DNA from: an uncultured Chloroflexota bacterium | GTDB lineage: Bacteria > Chloroflexota > Chloroflexia > Thermomicrobiales > UBA6265 | Length of the DNA stretch: 64,000 nucleotides | Reading direction: 5' to 3' | NCBI GenBank assembly: GCA_937901745.1 | Contig: CALGSZ010000057.1 | Coordinates: 3,816-67,815, forward strand | Part shown: positions 57,589 through 64,000 of the stretch, piece by piece | Position numbering within the stretch: position 1 is the stretch's first letter | Layout: every line of letters starts with the position of its first letter | Notes under the pieces: model-generated | The model's input: the letters and a program-made list of their open reading frames with translations, nothing else | Database searches by the model: none | Told to the model about the DNA's origin: nothing | Made by a program: the position numbers and the translations under genes

Positions 57589-58446
57589 TCAGCGTGAGGT
57601 CGTCGTGCTCGAATCCGCTTCGAGCGCGTCCGCGAGCGCGGTCAGCAGCGCGACGCAGCCGTCTACACCTAATACGGAGACGTCGGCCGCCTCGGCGACC
57701 GAGGGATGCGTCTCCGCGCTGAGGACAGCGACCGCGACGGTTCCGATGCCGTCATTCTCGCGCAGCGCGCGAATCGCGACGAAGGCATCGACGTCTGTCA
57801 CATCGTCACCAAAGTAGGCGACGCCACTGAGCGCGCGCTCGCGGGCGAGGTCGACGATCGCCGTGCCCTTGTTGACGACGACGCGCGGCCGAATCTCGAT
57901 GACGAAGCGCCCCTCGGTCACGCGAAGACCGTGTCGTTCCGCCGCTTCCCGTGTCAGCGCGAGGAGATGTTCGCGGACAGCCTCGGGTTGGGGCGAGAGG
58001 CGGTAATGGATCGAGGCGGTCAGGTGCTTGTGCTCGAAGATGAGCCCTTCATCAATGGCCGCCGACTTTGCCGCGTTGCGGATCTCGTCAAGGGCTTGGG
58101 TGAGGGAAGCGACGGCCGTCGCCGCGCTAGGGTGGATCCAGTGTGTATCGCCTTGTCGCCGCTCGAGTCCGTGGTTGCCGACGACGGTGACGCCCGGGAT
58201 GCCGACCATCGCGGCGCCGTCGCTCGCTAAGCGGCCGGTGATGACGCCGACAAAGTCGAGCCGCGCCGCCAGCCGCTGGAGGGCCGCGCGTGCCGCCTCA
58301 GTGACGACGGCTTCGGCCGGAGTCGGCGCGATGGCGCAGATCGTCCCGTCTATGTCGGTGAAGAGCCCTGCGGGCGCTCGTCGGAGGACGGCGAGGCACC
58401 GCTCCAAGACGGCTTGATCGACGCTGGGTGCTGTCTCGTGCCGCAT
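57589..58446 (-). CDS. otsB: Trehalose-6-phosphate phosphatase (HAD superfamily)
   Basis: LFTDIDGTICAIAPTP and YFGDDVTDVDAF HAD motifs in the T6PP arrangement. Confidence 0.75.
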   Translation of the reverse strand: MRHETAPSVDQAVLERCLAVLRRAPAGLFTDIDGTICAIAPTPAEAVVTEAARAALQRLAARLDFVGVITGRLASDGAAMVGIPGVTVVGNHGLERRQGDTHWIHPSAATAVASLTQALDEIRNAAKSAAIDEGLIFEHKHLTASIHYRLSPQPEAVREHLLALTREAAERHGLRVTEGRFVIEIRPRVVVNKGTAIVDLARERALSGVAYFGDDVTDVDAFVAIRALRENDGIGTVAVAVLSAETHPSVAEAADVSVLGVDGCVALLTALADALEADSSTTTSR

Positions 58447-58470
58447 CGTGCTCCTCGTGGATCGAGCGTG

Positions 58471-59157
58471 CTACGGAAGGGTGAAACGATAGACCGTGCC
58501 GTCCGGTCCGACAAATACGTCCCTGATCTCCCCTCGTCGCTCGACCGCCACATGGTAGAGCACGGTGTCAAAGGGAGCCGAGCTGGGGCCGAACGGGATT
58601 GCCTGCGTATTCAACCGAAGCTCGACCCCGGTCGAGGGGCTCAGCTCGTCGGTGTCGCTATAGCCGGCCTTGGCAAGCGTGTGCCGAAGCAGGCCGAACG
58701 AGATCGAGTCGGTCGGCAGCGTCGGAATGCGCTCGGGATCGATCTCCGCGGGTTGCGTTTCGCCCGTGTCGCTCAGGTAGAAGGCCTGGGCCGTGTCGGA
58801 ATAGAACGTTGCCTGCCAGCGGAAGCCCGGCTCGAAGAGCTGGCAGCCGACCCGCAAGCTGTTCAGCCGGGCGTCGGGCTGCCAGGCCAGCGCCTTGGCC
58901 CGCGCCGCTTCCAAACCAGCTCGCCATTCCTGGTCCATCTGCGGCAAATCGCCAATGAGCAGCCGGCCGTCCTCACAGGCCATGCGCTCCTCACCCGCGC
59001 TCTCGGCGGTTACGGTGTCTGTCGCTGATGCGGTTGCCTCGGTTGCCGCTTGCGGTCCCGCTGCCGAGGGACCGCCGCATCCCACGAGAACGACGAGTAC
59101 GAGAAGGGGGGCGATGGCGGGGAGGGCGTTGCGTCGTCGCGAGCCTATCCGTCTCAT
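58471..59157 (-). CDS. Hypothetical lipoprotein
   Basis: Lipobox LVVLVGCGG after the MRRIGSRRRNALPAIAPLL signal. No other motif recognised. Confidence 0.5.
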   Translation of the reverse strand: MRRIGSRRRNALPAIAPLLVLVVLVGCGGPSAAGPQAATEATASATDTVTAESAGEERMACEDGRLLIGDLPQMDQEWRAGLEAARAKALAWQPDARLNSLRVGCQLFEPGFRWQATFYSDTAQAFYLSDTGETQPAEIDPERIPTLPTDSISFGLLRHTLAKAGYSDTDELSPSTGVELRLNTQAIPFGPSSAPFDTVLYHVAVERRGEIRDVFVGPDGTVYRFTLP

Positions 59158-59427
59158 GCTGCCCGATCTGCCATCCGATGGCTGGTTCGCATGACACGCC
59201 AGCCGTTGCAAGCGTTGCGATCATACCACGCGGTCTCCGGTCTCCCGCGCCCGGCAGTGCTTGCAAAAAGCTAGCGCTGTCTCGGATATACTGACAGTGA
59301 TTCACCGGTGACCCGTCGTCATGTTTGCCCGCCGCCGAGTTGGTCTAGCGGCTCGACGCTGGGGACACCGTAGTCTGAAAAGCGTCCAGGTGGTCGCTTC
59401 CGACCGTCGGAGCGGAGAAGGAGCAGG

Positions 59428-60633
59428 ATGTATCTCTTCAACACGCAGACGGGCCAGATCGAGCCGTTCACCGCCCGAAACGGCACGGTAGGGATCTACG
59501 TTTGCGGAGTCACCCCGTACGACACTACGCACATCGGTCACGCGTTCACGTTTCTGACATTCGATATCCTCGTCCGGTACTTGCGCTTCCTCGGCCACCG
59601 CGTGACCTACGTCCAAAACGTCACCGACATTGACGACGACATTCTCCGAAAATCGCGAGAGGTCGGGATGGCCTGGGACGAGCTCGCGCGCGTAGAGACG
59701 GAAAAGTACGTGCAGGATATGCGCGATCTCAACGCGCTCGAGCCGGATCACTTCGTTCGCGCGACCGATCACATCAATGACATGATCGCCATTATCGAGC
59801 AGCTGCTCGAGAAGGGATTCGCGTACGAAGTCAATGGGAGCGTCTACTTTTCCGTCGATCGTGACGAAGAATTCGGCAAGCTGAGCCATCTCCCGCGGGA
59901 GGAGATGCTGCCGATCGCCAACGAGCGCGGCAATAATCCGGATGACCCGAATAAGCGTGATCCGCTCGATTTCGTGCTGTGGCAGGCGGCGCAGCCGGGC
60001 GAGCCGACGTGGGATTCGCCATGGGGACCGGGGCGGCCCGGTTGGCACATCGAGTGCACCGCGATGGCGACACGCTATCTCGGCCCGCGGATCGACATAC
60101 ACGGGGGCGGCGCAGACCTCGTCTTCCCGCACCACGAGTGCGAGATCGCGCAGAGCGAGAACGCGACCGGACTGGAGCCCTTCGCCCGCTTTTGGATGCA
60201 TGTCGGTATGGTTCGCTACCAGGGCGAGAAGATGAGCAAATCGCTCGGTAACCTCGTCCTGGTGCGCGACGTTCTGAACGACTACAGCGCGGACGCGATT
60301 CGCCTCTATCTCTTCTCCCACCATTACCGGTCTGCCTGGGAATACCGGGACGATGAGCTCGATGAGTGGGCGCGATTGGCTGACGACCTGCGTGAGGCGG
60401 CCAATTTCCCCGCGGTCGGCATTGAAGAAGAGGTGGATGTCTCCGTCTACCGGGAGCAGTTCCTGAACGCGCTCGATGATGACCTGGATACGCCGTCAGC
60501 GATCAAGGCCCTGCGGGAGATCGGCCAGGCGATCCTCGAGGCGCCGGAGGAGGACGATGCCCGGCAGGCGCAGAAGACGTTGCGGGAGCTTTCTGGGCTG
60601 CTCGGGCTGACACTGACCGACGAGGGGCGATAG
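59428..60633 (+). CDS. CysRS-family ligase lacking the C-terminal anticodon-binding region (MshC-like cysteine ligase or minimal CysRS)
   Basis: GGAGAAGGAG upstream. Motifs THIGH, WHIEC, HHECE, KMSKS. Only 401 aa. The [22 protein letters not shown] segment is MshC-like. Confidence 0.75.
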   Translation: MYLFNTQTGQIEPFTARNGTVGIYVCGVTPYDTTHIGHAFTFLTFDILVRYLRFLGHRVTYVQNVTDIDDDILRKSREVGMAWDELARVETEKYVQDMRDLNALEPDHFVRATDHINDMIAIIEQLLEKGFAYEVNGSVYFSVDRDEEFGKLSHLPREEMLPIANERGNNPDDPNKRDPLDFVLWQAAQPGEPTWDSPWGPGRPGWHIECTAMATRYLGPRIDIHGGGADLVFPHHECEIAQSENATGLEPFARFWMHVGMVRYQGEKMSKSLGNLVLVRDVLNDYSADAIRLYLFSHHYRSAWEYRDDELDEWARLADDLREAANFPAVGIEEEVDVSVYREQFLNALDDDLDTPSAIKALREIGQAILEAPEEDDARQAQKTLRELSGLLGLTLTDEGR

Positions 60634-60836
60634 GGTCGCAACCAACAGGACAGACGGCGAAACCCAGCGGGAATCCGCATTCGTCGCGGGTGGCGTAGAG
60701 CAATCGCGTGATATACTCATCCGGGTCACTGCGTGACCTGAATTGATTGTTCGTACCTTTCTGCTCCCCTCCCGGTCCGGACCGCGCAATCCCGGGCAAT
60801 GGCGAGGTGGGGCATACCCGGAGAAAGGAGTTTGCA

Positions 60837-61397
60837 TTGCGCACCCCCTATCGCCCTGCCCGTTACTACGAGCTGATGACGATCTTCACCCCGGATGTGC
60901 CGGAAGAAGAGCTGCCCGGTCTGCTGGACCAGGTCGTCGGCTATGTGAACGCGGCTGGCGGGCGTCTCATCGACATGAGCCGCGAATCCCCTTGGGGACG
61001 GCGTCGGCTCGCGTATCCGATCCGGCATGGTGGCCGTGATCTGCGGGATGGTTTCTACACGCTCTACCACTTCCAGTGTCACCCGTCGCGGATCAACGAG
61101 GTCGAGCGCGAGCTCAAGCTCAACGAGCGGGTGATCCGCTATCTGCTCGTCACCTACACGCCGAAGGACGAGCCCGCGGAGGCGGCGACGGACGCCGCCG
61201 AGGAGGCGCCGGCGGAGACGACCGCGACCGCTGAGGCTGCTCCGGCAGAGGCGAGCGCTGTTGAGGCAGCTCCGGCGGAAGCCGGTGAGGCGGCGTCGAG
61301 CGAGCCGGCCACGGCCGAGGCAGCCGCGGAAGCGACGCCAGCGGAGGCGGGTGAGGAAGAGCCGTCAGAGCCAGACCGCCAAACCGAGGAGGGATAG
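60837..61397 (+). CDS. rpsF: 30S ribosomal protein S6 with an Ala/Glu-rich C-terminal extension of about 75 aa
   Basis: TTG 60837 lies 6 nt after AAAGGAG. YYELMTIFTP...RRLAYPI...GFYTLYHF core. The tail is AEAATDAAEEAPAE... Confidence 0.85.
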   Translation: MRTPYRPARYYELMTIFTPDVPEEELPGLLDQVVGYVNAAGGRLIDMSRESPWGRRRLAYPIRHGGRDLRDGFYTLYHFQCHPSRINEVERELKLNERVIRYLLVTYTPKDEPAEAATDAAEEAPAETTATAEAAPAEASAVEAAPAEAGEAASSEPATAEAAAEATPAEAGEEEPSEPDRQTEEG

Positions 61398-61853
61398 ATG
61401 GCTGGCGTTTGCAAGGTAATCCTCGTCGGCAACCTGGGTCGTGATCCGGAAACGCGCTTCACGCCGAACGGCACGATGAATGTGCAGTTCACGATGGCGG
61501 TGACGCGGCGATACACCGATCAGTCCGGGCAGCTTCAGGAGCGAACGACCTGGTTCCGCGTGACGGGATGGGGTCGGCTCGCGGAGACGCTCGACTCCCT
61601 CACGCAGAATGGCTACCTCACCAAGGGCAAGCAGGTCTTCGTCCTCGGCACACTCGAGGCGCGCGAATACCAGGATCAGCAGGGACAGACGCGCACCTCG
61701 CTCGACGTCCGGGCCGAGGAGGTTCAACTGCTCGGCACCCGCGCCGATGCCGCAGGCTCGGGTGGCCGTGAGCCGGCGGGCGCCGGCGCGGACCGGTCCG
61801 GTAATGGCGGCGACGACTTCGGCACCCAAGACTTTGACGACGTTCCGTTCTAA
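61398..61853 (+). CDS. ssb: Single-stranded DNA-binding protein
   Basis: OB-fold N-terminus VILVGNLGRDPETRFTPNG, Gly-rich linker, acidic tip DFDDVPF. ATG immediately follows the rpsF stop. Confidence 0.9.
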   Translation: MAGVCKVILVGNLGRDPETRFTPNGTMNVQFTMAVTRRYTDQSGQLQERTTWFRVTGWGRLAETLDSLTQNGYLTKGKQVFVLGTLEAREYQDQQGQTRTSLDVRAEEVQLLGTRADAAGSGGREPAGAGADRSGNGGDDFGTQDFDDVPF

Positions 61854-61963
61854 CGATACGCAACGGCGGGGAGCCGAGCGCCATTCTTTCTGATCGAGAC
61901 AGGAACGAGACGTCTCCGGGTATCGCCGAGAGACGATCATGAGTTAGGAGATAGCGAAGACAA

Positions 61964-62365
61964 ATGAGCGACACCGAGCAGGTTCAAGAGGAGACGGCGG
62001 CGCAGGAGCAGGCGCCAGAGCAGGCTCAGGCGAGCGAGGCGTCGGCGGAGCGGCCGGGCGCGCGCCGCTTTGCCACGGGCGCGCAGGCGGAGCGGCCGGC
62101 GCAGGCAGGCGCTTCCCGCGGCCGGCGGGGCGGCGGCCGATTTGGGCCGCGCCGCAAGGTTTGTGTCTTCTGCGCGGATAACATCGGCGAAGTCGACTAC
62201 AAGGACATTGCCCGCCTGCGGCGGCATCTCTCCGAGCGGGCCAAGATCGAGCCGCGCCGAAAGATGGGCACCTGCGCCAAGCATCAGCGGTCGCTGACGG
62301 TCGCGATCAAGCGGGCGCGTCACCTCGCGCTGCTCCCGTTCGTGGCCGGCACCGGGCGAAGCTAG
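61964..62365 (+). CDS. rpsR: 30S ribosomal protein S18 with an N-terminal extension of about 55 aa (acidic, then RGG-rich)
   Basis: Core [60 protein letters not shown]. Confidence 0.9.
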   Translation: MSDTEQVQEETAAQEQAPEQAQASEASAERPGARRFATGAQAERPAQAGASRGRRGGGRFGPRRKVCVFCADNIGEVDYKDIARLRRHLSERAKIEPRRKMGTCAKHQRSLTVAIKRARHLALLPFVAGTGRS

Positions 62366-62380
62366 TCATCCTTTCCCAAG

Positions 62381-62409
62381 CGCGCCGCGCACCTGAGCAC
62401 CGCGCGGCG
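62381..62409 (+). terminator. GC hairpin after rpsR (weak terminator candidate)
   Basis: GCGCCGCGC (62381-62389) pairs with GCGCGGCGC (62401-62409); 11-nt loop; no U tract. Confidence 0.3.
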
Positions 62410-62517
62410 CCGCAACCCGCTGATGACGCGGATTAGCCACCTTCGAGCGAAGGACGGCCGTGGCGAGGAGGCGCGCCTCTGAGCCGGTGATGACCTCTGC
62501 CATGGGGGATCGTGTGC

Positions 62518-64000
62518 ATGAGCGACCGCCAGCCGAGACAGCGACGATCGCAGGGAGGCGGACAGAAACCCGGAGCCACGCAGCGTCCCGCCGGTCGGGC
62601 GGGGGCGCGGGGAGCTCAAACTCCTGAGTCGGTTTCCTGGCGGGACCGCATCCCGTTTCGGCGCCAGCAAGTAACCGCACCGCAGCGGCGCCGGCGCGTC
62701 CCACGCCACGTGCGGGAGGCGCAGCGGCAGCGCATGCTCTACTGGGGCATGGGGATTGCCGCCGCACTCTGCGTCCTCATCCTCATCGGGTTCGCCGCTT
62801 GGGAATACCAGATCAAGCCGAATCAAACGCTGGCGAAGGTCAACGGCACGGAGATCAAGCGTAAGCACTACTGGAAAGTGCGCGCGTACGAGCTCTTCCA
62901 GCAGGCGGAGCTCTTCGCTGCGCAGAATCCAATGTTCGCCGAGCAGTTGCGGGCGGAAGCGCGGAGCGTCTGGGGCTCCACCGACGTCCAAGACTCGACG
63001 CTGTCTCGAATGATCGACGACCAGCTTGTCCTCCAGAACTTGGACGAGTTCGGGCTGGAGGTCACGGATCAGGACATCGAGACCTTCATTATCCAGCAGT
63101 ACGAGCCGCTGGGCGCGCCAGTCTTCACGCCGACGCCGTCCCCGACGCTCATTCCGACCCGCGCCGCCTGGGCGACCGAGACTGCGGTGGCCATGACCGC
63201 CACCGCCGAAGCGGAGGCCGCTGAGGCAAGCCCGGAGGCAGTCGAAGATGGGACGCCAGCGGCCGAAGGCACGCCGGGGGCGGAAAGCAGCCCGGTTTCA
63301 GGCGCCTCGCCTGAGATGGGCGAGGAAAGCGCCTCGCCGGAAGCGGTAGGGTCCCCGGAGACGTCACCGATGGCGTCCCCGGTCGCGTCGCCTGAGGCTT
63401 CCCCGCGAGCGACTTCCACGCCAACGCCGACACCGAACCCGGAACAGGCGCGGCAGACCGCCGAGGCGGGATTCCAAGAATTCAAGGACGATGTCTTCGA
63501 CGACGCTCACCTCTCGCAGGCGGACTACGAGCGCTGGATCGTGCGGCCAGCAGTCGCGCGCGACAAGGTTCGCGCCCACTTCGCAGAGGAGATCGGGCAA
63601 AGCGCGGAGCAGGTCCACGCGGCGCACATCCTCGTAGAGACGAAGGATCTCGCCGACCAGCTCTACCAGCAGCTGCAGCAGGGCGCGGACTTCGCTCAGA
63701 TCGCGAAGGACAACTCGGTTGACGAGGGGACCGCGCCGAACGGTGGCGACCTCGGCTGGTTCCCGCGCGGCATCATGGTCAAGCCGTTCGAGGATGTTGC
63801 CTTCTCCCTACAGCCGGGCCAGATCAGCGAGCCGTTCGAGACGGAGTTCGGCTGGCACATCGTCACCGTCTTCGCGCACGAGCAGGATCGGCCACTAACC
63901 GACGACCTGATCAGCCAGCTGCGGACGAAGCGATTCGACGACTGGCTGGCCGAGAAGCGCGAATCGGCGGCCATTGATGCCGATATCGAGCCGACTCCGA
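62518..64000 (+). CDS. Membrane-anchored parvulin-type peptidyl-prolyl isomerase (PrsA/SurA-like), 3' end outside window
   Basis: Not in the supplied ORF track because no stop occurs before the window end. My own translation from ATG 62518 (in-frame TGA at 62491, GGGGGA upstream) gives MSDRQPRQRR..., TM GMGIAAALCVLILIGFAAW, a SurA-N-like region, an ASPE-rich linker, then the PpiC domain AAHILVET...GGDLGWFPRG...FGWHIV. Confidence 0.75.
   Translation, partial: MSDRQPRQRRSQGGGQKPGATQRPAGRAGARGAQTPESVSWRDRIPFRRQQVTAPQRRRRVPRHVREAQRQRMLYWGMGIAAALCVLILIGFAAWEYQIKPNQTLAKVNGTEIKRKHYWKVRAYELFQQAELFAAQNPMFAEQLRAEARSVWGSTDVQDSTLSRMIDDQLVLQNLDEFGLEVTDQDIETFIIQQYEPLGAPVFTPTPSPTLIPTRAAWATETAVAMTATAEAEAAEASPEAVEDGTPAAEGTPGAESSPVSGASPEMGEESASPEAVGSPETSPMASPVASPEASPRATSTPTPTPNPEQARQTAEAGFQEFKDDVFDDAHLSQADYERWIVRPAVARDKVRAHFAEEIGQSAEQVHAAHILVETKDLADQLYQQLQQGADFAQIAKDNSVDEGTAPNGGDLGWFPRGIMVKPFEDVAFSLQPGQISEPFETEFGWHIVTVFAHEQDRPLTDDLISQLRTKRFDDWLAEKRESAAIDADIEPTP

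Noticed and set aside
59327-59410. tRNA-like or T-box-like structure upstream of the MshC-like gene (GCCGAGTTGGTCTAGCGGCTCG resembles a D arm)
   Set aside because: No consistent cloverleaf: the anticodon stem fails and there is no 7-nt T loop or acceptor complement. The GGTCG-CTTC-CGACC and GACGCT…AGCGTC hairpins may be a structured leader, but I recognise no known motif.
60634-60836. S6:S18-binding rpsF leader RNA motif
   Set aside because: Plausible from position, but I cannot reconstruct the conserved structure from memory well enough to call it. Left as a check under the S6/S18 finding.

Overview
High-GC bacterial chromosomal window, roughly two-thirds G+C by eye, densely coding on both strands. 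I can support about 58 protein genes. I cannot defend any rRNA, tRNA, CRISPR array, IS element or prophage. Lineage cannot be determined from here; the low-complexity Ala/Glu/Pro/Thr linkers, frequent GTG/TTG starts and gene content would fit Chloroflexota/Thermomicrobia-like or actinobacteria-like organisms. Content in order: (1) a sugar or sugar-acid uptake and catabolism island: CUT2 ABC importer, HpcH-type aldolase, CUT1 binding protein plus two permeases, a 3-hydroxyacyl-CoA-dehydrogenase-family enzyme, a GntR/FadR regulator and a 659-aa unknown; (2) a divergent MMPL/TetR pair and an IolE-like TIM-barrel enzyme; (3) a Sir2 deacylase with a LexA-type box upstream; (4) a minus-strand alaS-led gene string: alaS, a membrane protein with a baseplate-J-like ectodomain, ruvX, the c-di-AMP receptor darA, and an M50/CBS protein with a degenerate zinc motif; (5) a debranching-type glucosidase and ftsY; (6) a cst-like persulfide module (CstR-like repressor, CstB-like dioxygenase-rhodanese, rhodanese, FmdB zinc ribbon) divergent from a Tat-exported sulfite-oxidase-like enzyme; (7) AKR, a tail-anchored zinc-ribbon protein, an AhpD-like protein and dps; (8) ffh translationally coupled to a glutaredoxin-PDZ fusion, then mgtC-like and trmH-like genes; (9) a GlgE-pathway alpha-glucan cluster: malQ, GH57 branching enzyme, mak, treS, glgE, glgX; (10) MarR, a bacterial translin-like protein, glutamine cyclotransferase, otsB and an MshC-like truncated CysRS paralog; (11) rpsF-ssb-rpsR, followed by a membrane parvulin PPIase that runs off the 3' edge and is missing from the ORF track. 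Most long antisense ORFs in the track are GC-driven shadow ORFs. The leads I rank highest are the baseplate-J-like housekeeping membrane protein, the translin-like gene, the MshC-like ligase, the phased 57-58 nt repeats at 34.2-34.4 kb, the 659-aa unknown, and the sulfur module with its promoter/operator.
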